The notes under the pieces are model-generated. The model was not told where the DNA came from. It saw only the letters and a list, made by a program, of their open reading frames with translations, and made no database searches. DNA of 64,000 bases from Leidyana gryllorum EB-2025a. Lineage: Eukaryota; Protista; Apicomplexa. This document shows positions 34,786 through 47,388 of the stretch, piece by piece (the stretch's first letter is position 1; the number at the start of each line of letters is the position of its first letter). A program made the translations under genes and the position numbers. Where the stretch lies: positions 248,001 through 312,000 of the forward strand of contig JBLWGC010000035.1 of assembly GCA_048772705.1 (NCBI GenBank). Direction: 5' to 3'.

Positions 34786-36946
34786 ATGTTCCGCTTATTC
34801 ACCTTCTTGACCTTGGCTCTGCCGTTGTGCTCGTCCCTGAGCTTAGACTCTAATACACTGTGGACATGGGTGGACGAGACCACTCATCGAGCGGTACTTC
34901 AAGTCCGCGTCACCAACACCACCCCACTCCCAATCCAGGTGGCCTTGAGTTTCAACCAGACATTCGCTTCGGATGCCACGGCCGTTCCGTCACCGGGAGC
35001 GTCTGAAGCCCGAGCGGCTGCGCCTACTGTATCGGCAGAGGCCGGCTCCGACCACCCTCGGGCCATTCAAGAGCTCTTCTCGCGAGCGCGCAGCGTTGCT
35101 CCGAAATCGCTTCTGATACCCATTGCCGAAAACAAAGACCAGATCGCCAAAGTTGGCCTGAAAGTCATCAAATGCTTGTCGGAACACGGACTCGACTGTG
35201 AGTATACTGGCTGGCGAGCAGACTCGAAATGTCTACCCCACGTCCGAGTCCTTCAATACGTCGGTGTGATCATTTTGGACTATCACGCTGTGCTCGCGGA
35301 GTGTGACGAGGACGATGTCTCCTCGGACGTTGCTTTCCTCAAGAAGTTCTTCACGGTCCTGGATGTGACTTTGGATCAGCCCGGAGGTGAAGATGATGGT
35401 GAAAGTGTGATAGAAGCAGTGTCGTCACCACTGCTGACACGGAACGGAGGCCTGACAAAGGAAGTCTCTTCTGGAAGTGGTACCACTCCGAACGATCCTC
35501 TGTTCGAGAAGCAGTGGCACTTGGCGTACATGTGAGCCAAGTCATCACACTCGACGTCTCACCACTCATCTCTCATTCTTTATCGCAGGAACATTAGTGA
35601 GGCTTGGGCAGAAATTGGTGAATGGCCCAAGAACTTTAAGCCTTTGATCGCTGTCATCGACAGTGGGGTCGAATATGACCATCCTGACCTGCAACAGAAT
35701 CTATGGCGAAATGATGCAGAGTACTTTGGACAGAAGGGTGTGGATGACGATGGCAACGGCTATGTTGACGATATCTATGGATGGGTGGCTGGCAGTGATG
35801 GATCTCGGCATCCAGCTGACTTCAATGGTCATGGAACCCACTGTTTGGGCATTATATCCGCCACTCCCAACAATGGATTGGGAGTCTCGAGTGTGGCGGG
35901 GCCGAACGTGGTGACAGCGGTATGTAGACGGCGAGACTGGAGTGGGGGATCCACTCAAGGGAACAATTCTGAGTGTCGAGACTTTGCCTTAGCCATCAAG
36001 GCCCACATCGTGTCAAATTCGTAAGCTACCCAGACACGTCTGTCGTCATACTCTCGTCAGCTATGGAGTCTTTTCCGAGATGTCCATGGGTCTTGTGGAT
36101 GTTACCCGAAGGGTAATGGACGCAGCCCTGAAGGCCAATCAGTTATATTTGGGATCCGCTGGGAACGAGAAGAGTAGTTTTGGGCCGCCGGGAACTCCAG
36201 CGTTTGCTTACGACTCTTGTTGGAACTATCCAAATTGGGTCAGTGTGGTTAACATTGACAATGAGGAGAAGGTTTACAGATCCAGCAATTACGGAGAAAA
36301 CTGTGCCACTCTGGGAGCCCCAGGCCGCAAGATTCTGGCAACAGGCGATACCGCTTATAATGATGAATTCGCCTACAAGACTGGCACCTCCATGGCAGCC
36401 CCAATTGTGGCTGGTGTTGTGGCTCTGTGGCTGAATGTTAATCCATTCCTCGATGCGTTCGAAGCCAAACGTCTACTGAGAGAGACCATTGTGCCTCTGC
36501 CTTCGCTCGCTCGACCCGTGACCCTTTTTGGCGGAGTGCCAAATGCGGTCGCAGGGATCAGATTGCTCCGCCCTGAGATCCTAAAACCGGCGGGGGGTTT
36601 GAGGTGGGATGATTATCGCTTCAATCTGCGCGAGCTCCAGCCCGGACAATCGACCATTTATTCACTGGAGGGCGAAGTTCACGACAGTCATCATGCAAGA
36701 ATTGGGAATATCGTTGCTTACAGCGCAGATCGCTACAACAACTATGTTGTGCAAAGCCGTGTCTCCGCTGATGTGATTGTTCATCACACTAGCGACAATC
36801 TCGAAGGTCTTTGTGTAGACCATTTCAATCCAAACTGGGATGGCGTGATGACTAGCAGCACAACTTGGGCACCGAGTGGCGCTGCGGCCACCATCTCGGC
36901 AGCTTTGACTCTGATGGTATCAGCCATCATCTTTGCGGTCCTCTAA
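34786..36946 (+). CDS. Subtilisin paralog 4 (introns 35532-35588, 36021-36060), GPI-type tail
   Basis: Triad motifs intact; ends PSGAAATISAALTLMVSAIIFAVL. Confidence 0.93.
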
Positions 36947-36991
36947 ACGAAGGCTACCGGTGTCGAAAGGAGTCGGCAGACCTCCCGACGT

Positions 36992-37010
36992 TGTGGGCTC
37001 CGCATGCATG
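36992..37010 (+). promoter_or_regulatory. G-run + GCATGCATG element upstream of subtilisin 5
   Basis: TGTGGGCTCCGCATGCATG. Confidence 0.55.
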
Positions 37011-37023
37011 ATTCTGTGCCGGG

Positions 37024-39298
37024 ATGATCGGCTGGAAACCACTGGCATATCTGTCTCTCCTCCTGGTGTGTGCGAGCGCACAGACCCTCGACAACACGAA
37101 ACTGCTGACATGGGTCAATCCCACGACTCGAAAGGCTCAGTTGCAAGTCCGCGTCACGAACACGTCGGATAGGAAGATTGATGTGGCTCTCAGCTTCAAT
37201 CAAACCTTCTCCACAGACGCGACTGCAGTTCCTTCTCCTGGCGCGTCTTCCGCCCCTCGGTCATCGCTTTCGGAAGATTCTGCTCGGCAGTCGGATCATT
37301 CAGCGGTCATTCAAGGCTTATTGAAACGTACGCGGAGTGACGAGCCAAAGTCTCTCATAATCCCGATTGCCGAGAATCGGGATCAGATCGATCTCATCGC
37401 CTCCACAGTCAAGAAGTGTATCGAAGAACATGACTCCAGTTGAAGACATGAGTCTTGAAGGCCCCAGTCAAAGTGTCTGCCCAGAATAAGGATTCTACGA
37501 TTCGTTGGCCTCGTTGTCCTGGACTATGCCAATTGTCTTGACAGAGTGTACGGAAGATGACATTGCGGCCGACATTGCGTATTTGCAGAAAGCTTTCACA
37601 CTTCAGGCCGTGGAACTGGATGAACCGGGCGACGAAGATGATGTGCCCGTGCAAGTCGAGCCAGCAACACCTGAATTAGACGCACAAGCCGCGGAGACGG
37701 CAGCAAAGTTCTCGAGTGGAAAGTCAGTCGCAACTCCGAACGACGAGTATTATTCGCGCCAATGGCATCTACCCTACATGTAAGTGAACGTTGCGAAAGC
37801 CTTTCCGATCTTCACGTTTCTCTGCAGGAACATCAGCGAAGCGTGGGCTGAGATTGGCACTTGGCCTAAGAACTTCAAACCAGTGATTGTGGTCATTGAC
37901 AGTGGAGTGGTTTATGATCATCCTGATCTACAGCAGAACCTCTGGCGGAATGAAGTTGAGTATAACGGGCGACCCGGTGTCGATGACGACGGGAATGGTT
38001 ACGTCGATGACATCTACGGCTGGGCGGTCACCTCCGGTGGATCGAACAAACCTGCTGACCACAGTGGACATGGTACTGTTTGTTTGGGTACCATCAGTGC
38101 GACCCCCAACAACCGAATCGGCGTGTCAAGCATAGCTGGACCCAATGTTGTGACCGCTATTTGTCGCCGACGAAACTCGAGCGGGGCTACCAGCTCCGCC
38201 TACAATGCGGAATGTAGAGACTTTGGTCTCGCCATCAAAGCACACATCGCCTCCCAATCGTGAGTCTTTGCCGCCCTCCTTCGAGTGAATCAAATCTTCC
38301 TTTAGATACGGACGGTGGGCCGCGACGGCAGAGACAATCTCCACAACCACCAGACGAAGTTATGATGCACTTCTTCAGGCCAAGCAGCTCATATTGAACT
38401 CTGCTGGAAATGCGTCAGGTGCAATGGGGCCCCCGGGTACTCCCGGCTTCGCTTACCCCTCGTGCTACAATTATCCCAATTTCGTCGATGTGGTGAATAT
38501 GATGGAGGACGAGACGCTGCATGAGACGAGTAATTACGGCGAGAACTGTGCAACGCTGGGAGCTCCCGGCACACGAATCTATGTACGGGTAGCGTCGAAC
38601 ACCACGGGTCGGAGTATGCGTATCGATCAGGAACCTCATTGTCAGCCCCCTTAGTGGCTGGGGTCGTGGCTCTGTGGTTGAATGTGCATCCGTATCTGGA
38701 TGCTTTTGAGTCCAAACGGCTGCTGAGAGAGTCTATTGTGCCGCTGAGAGCACTTGCCCGACCTGTCACACTCTTTGGAGGGGTGCCTAACCCGGTGGCT
38801 GGCATCAGATTGCTTCGGCCTCAGAGCTTGAAGCCGGCGGACGGAAAGCGATGGGACGATTACCGATTGGATTTGAGGAGTCTCCAACCGGGAGAGTCGA
38901 CAACTTATATCTTAGATGGCCAAGTAGCTCAGTCGGATGGCACACGTCTTGGGAACATTGTGGCCTACAGTGTCGACTTTGCGGATAATTACGCTGTATT
39001 GGGTCAGTCATCGGCTGATGTGATTGTTCATCACAACTCGAGTGATGAGGATCTCACCTCTGATCACTTCAACCCCGACTGGGATGGTGTGAGAACTACG
39101 ACCACTACGCGAGCTACAACAGGCGGTGGGTCTGGGGTTTACCCGACTGGGGGAGGGTCGACGTCGACGTCGGAGTCGGAGTTTACGTCGGAGTCAACAC
39201 TGGGTTCAGACGAGGACAATGCTGTGACTTCATACTTATCGATAGCAGCGATGTCGCTGGTTCTGCCGCTATCTTTGATCTTTCTCCATATGCGTTGA
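37024..39298 (+). pseudogene. Subtilisin paralog 5, disrupted (introns 37780-37827, 38260-38305)
   Basis: In-frame TGA at 37441 and 37456, +1 frameshift ~37533 and -1 frameshift ~38583 relative to paralogs. Confidence 0.85.
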
Positions 39299-39341
39299 TT
39301 GACGAGCTTTGCATCTATTCTTTGGTGTGAGCATATCGCTT

Positions 39342-39359
39342 TGTGGGGGAGTTGCATGC
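39342..39359 (+). promoter_or_regulatory. G-run + TGCATG element upstream of subtilisin 6
   Basis: TGTGGGGGAGTTGCATGC. Confidence 0.6.
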
Positions 39360-39375
39360 CCGTATTGTTGCAGCA

Positions 39376-41691
39376 ATGACAGGCTGGCGTCTCTTGGCTC
39401 TTATATCGTGCATCGTGATTGCAGCAGCCCAGCGGTTCGACAACACAAGACTTTTGGCTTGGGTTGACTCCCGAACGCGTCGAGCTGTGCTGCAAGTCCG
39501 TGTCACCAACACTCTGAGTCACAAAATCAACGTTGCCTTGAGCTTCAATCAAACCTTCTCCACTGATGCCACAGCTATCCCGTCTCCAGGGACGTCTGCA
39601 GCGAGATCGGCAGCTCCAACAGTGTCAGCTGAAGCAAACTCTGAATATCCTTCAGCGATTGGGAGTTTGTTTAAGGCTACTCGAGGAGAAGGCCGACAGA
39701 CTCTGCTGATTCCCATCGCCGAAAACAAGGATCAGATCGCTCGGGTTGGTCCTTCGGTAGCCAACTGTCTGAAAGCTCATGGAACTGAGTGCGAATATAT
39801 CGCTTGGAGACGCAACTCCAAGTGCTTTCCTGACGTCAGGGTGCTTCGCCATGTGGGCATCATCATTCTCAACTACGCATCAGTCATATCAGATTGTACG
39901 GAAGAGGATGTCGCGGCTGATATTGCATACCTTCGGCGATTTTTCACCATTCTGGATGTGGCACTCGACGGACCCGGAGGCAATGACGATCTCCAAGCGC
40001 GAGTCGATCGTCCTGCGGAGTTGGCTCCCGACTCTGTTCCACTCCGTCGCTCTGTTTCACGGCCCAACGATGAACACTACTCGAAGCAGTGGCATTTGCC
40101 TTACATGTGAGGTCTCAGATGTTGTTGTTATCATTGACATGGCTGAACCACAGGAATATTAGTGAAGCCTGGGCTGAGATAGGCACATGGCCCAAGCATT
40201 TCAAGCCGTTGATTGCTGTCATTGATAGTGGCGTCCAATACGACCACCCTGATTTGCAGCAAAACTTGTGGCGAAACGATGCTGAGTACTACGGACAGAA
40301 AGGGGTTGACGATGATGGCAATGGGTATGTGGATGATATCTACGGGTGGGTCGCTCAGTCTGATGGATCGAAAATGGCTGACGAGAATGGACACGGCACC
40401 CACTGTCTGGGTATCATTAGTGCCACCCCCAACAATCACATCGGCGTGTCGAGTGTTGCTGGTCCAAACGTCAAAACAGCAATGTGCAGACGTCGGAATT
40501 GGAGCGGCAGTGGATCGCAAGCCATGAACTCAGAGTGTCGAGATTTCGCACTCGCCATTAAAGCGCACATTGCATCCAACTCGTAAGAATAGGTGTGAGA
40601 CAGTCTCCGATTGAGCCATTCTTTGCAGCTATGGTCTCGTTCAGAACTATCCAGGCTCGCTGGTCACTGTGACAAAGAATGTTATGGACGCCGCACTGCG
40701 GGCAAAACAGATCCACTTTGGCTCAGCAGGGAATGAGGGTATCAGTATGGGACCTCCTGGCAATCCGTATTATGCCTATGACTCGTGTTGGAATTACCCA
40801 AATTGGGTCAGTGTGGTCAACTTGCAGAGCAACTCGGGACTGTATCATGAGAGTAACCGAGGCGAAAACTGTGCCACTCTTGGGGCTCCTGGAACCGGAA
40901 TCCTGGCGACCGGCGATACCCATTATTGGAACCAGTACGAATACTATACGGGCACTTCCATGGCAGCTCCTCTGGTGGCGGGTATAGTGGCACTGTGGCT
41001 CAATGTAAATCCGTACCTGGATGCTTTTGAGTCCAAGCGGTTGTTGCGAGAGTCCATCGTTCCGGTGGCTTCCATAGCTCGACCCATCACTCTTTTCGGA
41101 GGCGTCCCGAGCCCCGTTGCGGGTATTAAACTTCTCCGCCCGCAGAACCTCAAACCCGCTGATGGAAAGCGATGGGACGATTACCGATTCGACTTGCGTT
41201 CCCTGGACCCTGGAGCTTCCACCATTTATTACTTGGACGGTCAAGTGTCTGAGACAGGCGAAACGAGACTGGGCAACATGGTCTCGTATGTGGTTGACTT
41301 TGACGACAACTACGCGGTTCTCAATCAGATAAGTGCCGACGTCATTGTAAAGCAAACTGAAGATAGCCTGGATGATCTCACGGTGGACCACTTCAACCCA
41401 GATTGGACCCCTGGTGCGAGCACCGAGGCGCCGACTATCCCACCGACTACTACCACCGGGGGAGGGTGGGCGACTGACCCGGCTGGCAGTACATATTGGT
41501 CGACTTATACGGTGGCAACCACTACGACAGGAGGGATTTGGGCTACTGACCCGGCGGGTAGTACATTTTGGTCCACATTCACGGACCCGCCGTCCGAGGA
41601 GGAGCCAGACAAAACTTCTGCCAAGGCTCTGACAGCAGTCACCCTTCTGACCGTATCGCTTTTTGCGTTCTTTTGTACTCTTGTGATGTGA
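39376..41691 (+). CDS. Subtilisin paralog 6 (introns 40107-40153, 40583-40628), GPI/TM-type tail
   Basis: Triad motifs intact; Thr-rich stalk; hydrophobic C-terminus. Confidence 0.93.
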
Positions 41692-41761
41692 CCGTCATAG
41701 TCTCGTCGCCTTCTTAATGACGCTATTACGTGCGAGAGGTTATTCAAGCTGCGCTTCGCTC

Positions 41762-41780
41762 TGTGGGGGTGATTGCATGC
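41762..41780 (+). promoter_or_regulatory. G-run + TGCATG element upstream of subtilisin 7
   Basis: TGTGGGGGTGATTGCATGC. Confidence 0.6.
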
Positions 41781-41796
41781 TCAAGTATCTTCTGAG

Positions 41797-44080
41797 ATGA
41801 GGCTGTGCACATCATGGGGGCTTGCACTGCTGTTAACAGCATCAAAGGCACAACAGTTTGATAGTCCGCAGTTGCTCGCGTGGGTGAACCAAAGTACACG
41901 AAAAGCCGCGCTGCAAGTGCGGGTTACCAACACTGGCAGTCAAGCAATTGAGATCGCTCTCAACTTCAATCAGACCTTCAGCACTGATGCCACAGCAATT
42001 CCATCACCGGGAAATCCCCCGCCAGCGCCGCTTGCAGCTGTTGCTCAACTCGACCGGGCCTCCTTGCAGAGCAAGCGCGAGGCAGTGGTGAAGGCTTTGT
42101 TTGCCAGCGCTCGCGATACTCGACAACCCAAGACCATCATACTTCCTCTGGAAGATACCGTTGAGCAAATTGCAAAGTACGCGAGTATGACAAAGCTGTG
42201 TCTGGAACATCACGGATCGGAGTGTCCCGCCACCGCAGCCAGAATTGCGTCCAAGTGTCTGCCGAAGGTCCGTGTTATGAAACACGTTGGACTCATTGCT
42301 ATCGACTATGCCCAAGTTTTGAGTGACTGTACCCCCGAGGATGTCAATCTGGATATTGATTTCCTCTATAAGATCTTTGCTGTCAAATTTGTCGATCTCG
42401 ATGCCGAGGTGCCACTGGATAAGATCCCAAAGATCAAAACTTCTACCACTCGAGAGGCAGAGGTGGATCTGTCTTCCACCTCCCTGAGTCGGAGCACCGT
42501 GCCCATCCCCAATGACGAATTCTACAAAGAGCAATGGTTCATGCCTTACGGGTGAGTCACTTCTCCTCTCGAAGACGTATCTCAATTCTGCAGCAAAATA
42601 CCTGAGGCTTGGCAGAAGATCGGTGGGTGGCCCAAGAATTTCAAACCGGTCATTTCTGTCATTGATCATGGGATCTATTATGATCACCCCGATCTCACAG
42701 CGAATCTGTGGCTCAATCAAAAGGAACTCAATGGCATTCCCAATTTTGACGATGACGGCAATGGATATGCTGACGACATATACGGATGGGTCGCGGGTGC
42801 CGATGGATCCAAGAAGCCCACAGACTGGGATGGACACGGCACCTTCTGTTTGGGAATCATCAGTGCGGTGACGAATAATACCCGCGGTGTCGCGAGTGTA
42901 GCGGGACCCAATGTGGTGACTCCAGTGTGCAGAAGAATCGACTGGGATGGTCAGTCTACGGTGGCGAACAATGCAGAATGTCTGGATTGGTCAGTGGCAA
43001 TCGAGTCACATCTGTCATCCAACTCGTAAGTCATAAAGCCTCACGTGCCCATTTTTATCTCGCCCACACAGATATAGCATTTTCCACACCTCTCCCGTGG
43101 CGGCAAGTGATCTGAAGCGGCATGTCTACCATCGATTGTTGGGTCAGAAGCATCTCATCCTGACATCTGTGGGGAATGAGGGCACTGATTTGGGTCCTCC
43201 ATCCCCCAAAGCATATAGTTACGACGAGTGCTATAACTTTCCCAACTTTGTTGGGGTGGCCAACACTGACGAGAAAGGAGGTCTTTATGAAGAGTCCAAT
43301 TATGGAGAGAACTGTGTAACGATGGCGGCTCCAGGAACATCTCTATACACTGTATGTGATCCCTTCACGTACAACGGGTGGGACTATATCTACGCCACTG
43401 GAACCTCGCTATCCACCCCTTACATTGCTGGAGTTTTGGCTCTCTGGTTGAACGTGAACCCTTATCTCGACCTTTGGGAGCATAAGCGACTCCTGCGAGA
43501 AGCCACCATTCCTCTGTCATCTGTGGCTCGTCCCAAGACATTGTTTGGCGGCATCCCTGACGTTCTCAAGGGTATCGATTTGTTGAGACCAACAAATCTG
43601 AAGCCTGAAGATGGCAGTCGTTGGGACGATTGGCGGTTCAATCTGAGGCGACTGGAGCCCGGGCAGTTCACCATATACTATTTGGACGGCTCAGTCACCG
43701 AGAACGATGACGTCCGTCTGGGAGACATAGTGGTCTACAGCGTCGACCAAAACAACAACTACGCGGTTTTCAACTCTCGCAAAACAGAGATTCGGGTGCG
43801 TACTACCACTGGGTCCCTGGATGACCTCACCATTGACCACTTCAACCCCACTTGGGACTCTTCGTCCACAACCACAACTCTCGCCGGTGCTCAGGTCACC
43901 ACCGGCCCAGGCGGTGCCACTCAGACAAGTGGCACTTCTGCCACTGGTCCGGGGATCGGCACTGGCACTGGCACTGACGGAACAGGAGAGGGTGATGAGA
44001 CTGGCGATGAGAGTGGATGTGGTCAACTGTTCCATATTGGTGTCCTCGCTTCTCTTGTGACGGGCTATTTGCTTTGGTGA
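41797..44080 (+). CDS. Subtilisin paralog 7, most divergent (introns 42552-42593, 43026-43071)
   Basis: VIDHGI, HGTF, SVGN, GTSLSTP; Gly/Thr stalk; hydrophobic C-terminus. Confidence 0.92.
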
Positions 44081-44164
44081 TACATTATTTGAGCGCGAAC
44101 TGCAAGATGCACTACAGTACCTCTCTCCGCGTCAAAGCGGTGTAAAAAAAAACCCGTGTTTTGC

Positions 44165-47100
44165 ATGGCCCGTCAACGGCAGGTGAAGCGACGCGCTGCG
44201 CCGCCGGCAGGTGGGAAAGCGCAGTCCAATAAGAGGTTCAAGCCAGAGGCTGAGCAGCCGAGTCAAACGCAGCAAGTTCCAACTGATGGTTTCACAAACA
44301 CCCAATTGGGGAAGCTTATAGCTTGGGCCTTAGAACGGGGAAAGGAGGAACAATGGTGGACTATAAAAGATGAGTTGACAGAGGAGATTGTCGCAGCGGC
44401 GGCTAAGAGAAGTGATTCTGACAAGTTGAAAGTATTCAAAACCGAAAGCGAGGCCCTGGAGACCCTTCTAACACGCGGGTCCAATGCTTTGGAACGAACT
44501 AAATTTCATGTTGTTCGCCATGAAGAGAAAGAGACGGATTTTGCCTGGGCTCGCAAACTGGCCAGAGAAGGAACACTCAATGATCGTTTCACTGCTATCA
44601 CGGCGTTGATTGAACGCTCGGCTTTCGTGCACTATGCCGATGTTGAAGCTCTTTTCGCCTCGACCGCTAAGAAAAACCGCACTGAAGTTCTTCAAGCCAT
44701 GGGATTCGCTCGTGATCTCTTGAGTTCCAGTTTCCTCCTTCCGGGATCTCGTCATCTCGAGTCCTTTGAAACTGAAGAGGGAGTTGTCAAGAAATGCTTT
44801 TTGCGCACTCATACGAACGGCTTTGCAGTCGACTTGGAGCCTTTGGAGCGCGACTGCGCAGAAATGCGTCTGTTGATCATCTGTGCCTTTGAGCACAAAT
44901 TAAAGCAACTCATCCGCACTTTCATATCCGAGACACTTACCACCCTCACAAAGGATCATATCGAACACGTGCGACGTCACTCCTACATTTGTGCATTCGA
45001 ACTCCTCATTGCCAAACCTGAAGGCGAAGATATGCTTCTCCACATGTTGGTCAGAGGTCTGGGCGATCTCGCACCACGTATCAGCAGTCTCGTAACTCGC
45101 AAGCTCGCAGAGCTGCTCACTCTTCATCCGACCCTCAAGCCTGTGGTCTGCAAGAAGGTTGAGGAGTTGGTGTGGATGCAGAAAGTCCCACTGGCCGCCA
45201 TTCCGTTACGTGATGGGGACAAAAAGACGGGTCTCCAAGTCCGGCGGCGCAGAAAAGAGAAACAGCGGGTTCTCGAATTGCGGATGCAGAAGGAGACGGC
45301 TGGTGCTTCCACCAAGGTCAAAACCAAGAGCGAAGACGAGGCTGAAGGGGAAGATGCCATGGAGGACACTGTGACGACGGAATTAGAAGCGGCCAAAGCA
45401 AACGCTGAGAAGGTGGCGAAGATTGCACTATCCACCCGTCGAGCCCACACTGCCGTACAGAACGCGGTGCTCTTCCTGTCTGAGCTCAAATACACTCCGA
45501 CTAAAGACCCCAAGGATCTCGTTGGCCGTAATCTCGGTACTTTCGTTCGTTTACTGACGGTCTTCATGCGACCATTGGACGGCTTGAAGGACAATCTGAA
45601 ACGGAGCGAAAGACGACGAGCCAAAGCAAAGAGGCGCGGGGAGAGCGGAACAGTCATTGACCGAGACGACCTGATATCGTACAGTCACGGATTGGCCCAC
45701 ACCGTTGAAGGATCGGCTATTCTGCGTAATCTCCTCACTGGGATCCGAAGAGTGCTCCCTTATCTCAACGAGAAGCATATAAACAAATACTTTGGGTCAC
45801 CAACACTCAAAACCGTCAAAGAAGCTCTCGATGATGCTGAGGCCAAGGAGAAGCCCCACCAGGACACTGCCACAGAGACGACTCTCCCGAAACAGAAGAA
45901 GGGGAAGACGACAGTGGAGACTGAAACGAAACCCCCCAAGGTGGAAGTCAAATCGGAAGCCGGCAGTGAGGCAACTGTCTCCCACTCAGGAGCTCCACTC
46001 ATCGAGCACGACCCTGTTGACCTGACGAAGCAACTCTTCACTCTGGTCCACAAAGTGGATGGCTGGGCCACCCGCATTCATGGCTGGGATTTGCTCTATC
46101 GCATTCTCAAGAAGACTGGGTAAGTCACCACCGGATGCTTTATTGATATATGCGGTTCTGCAGGCGTTTGACACCGACTTTCTTCGGCAACTTTTATGCT
46201 CAGCTCAAAGAGGTGGATGTGTTGGACAATCGCGCAACGGAACTCTTATTCGTTCTGATTTCGGCTATCGTAATGGATTCAGAGAATCTGAACGTGGCTG
46301 GCCGAGCTGCTTTTGTGAAACGCCTTCTTGGAGTAAGTCACTCATTCCCAGTCGACTTTTATATGTGTACTCGTGCTGTTCTGCAGATGGTAGCTGTCTT
46401 TGGAGCTCCGCCCAGCCGTGCCCTCAGTCTGCTGGATTGTGTCGAGTTCGCCGCCTCTCGCGACGAATTGGTTCGTTCTTGGATCCAGAAACAGAGAGAG
46501 ACTGCTTTCGGAGATGATATGACTGAGCAAACGACGACTTCAAAGCCTCTTCCTCTTCCAACTCCGTCCAAGTCCAAGTCGAAATCCAAATCCAAGAATA
46601 AAGAAGCTCCCCGACCCGCCGCGGAGGTGAAGGATGAGAAGAAGGGAATCACAGTGTCGGACTGCGGTGGATATAGCCTGATGGAATACAACCCTGCCAA
46701 GTCAAATGCTGACAACTCCCCGATCTGGGAGCTCGGATTATTGTCAGCTTCAATGTATCCCACTCTGCGAGATGCAGCTGAGGGTGTGAGGGACTCTGAA
46801 TATCACAAGATGGATGATGACGCCGACCTCGATGACATTAGTGAGGCTCTGAAAGCCTGGGAAGGGTTGGTACCGATGGGCGATGATGATGACGATGTCA
46901 GTCGGAAGAGTGCGCTGCGAGAGTTGAGGAGACATGCGTCTTCGTCGATCAACTTGCGGTGTTTGGTACGCTTGATGCACAGTCAGAGTATCCGACAAGC
47001 ATTGGGAGTCGAAGCGGCTGATGACATTCAAATTAAACTGCCAAAGAAGGGTCAAACTGAGGTCGATGTGAACTTGGATATGGAGGATGACGCCAACGAT

Positions 47101-47340
47101 CTCTTGTTGGGCGGCGGAGAGGGAGAGAAATTCCAGGATGTCTGGAGCCTTCCGTTGGGTTCCAAGGCAGTTTGGCGTTCAGACATCAAGTTTGTCTTCA
47201 AGGAATTGCTCGAGCCGTTCTATCACACTAGAATAGCGGAGGGCAAATACCGCAACGCAAAGGTATTGGATGAAGATGAAGAAGAAGCAGAGATTGACCG
47301 CATAGCGGAGGACACTCTCCTCGAAGGAATTGATGTATGA
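44165..47340 (+). CDS. MAK21: CBF/Mak21 family ribosome biogenesis protein (Noc1/CEBPZ), intron ~46120-46163
   Basis: EGTLNDRFTAITALI, LLIAKPEGEDMLLHMLVRGLGD, NLLTGIRRVLPY, RAAFVKRLL, NPAKSNADNSPIWEL; 3' end could extend. Confidence 0.85.
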
Positions 47341-47388
47341 TCTGCTCGCTGTTGTCGCGTGATTAACCAAAAAAAGTCGTGTGATGTG

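Noticed and set aside
37441-37458. TGA recoded as Trp/Cys/Sec (stops at conserved Cys and Trp positions)
   Set aside because: The same gene has two frameshifts, the other six paralogs have no in-frame TGA, and TGA terminates intact genes such as EF1B and NOP56.
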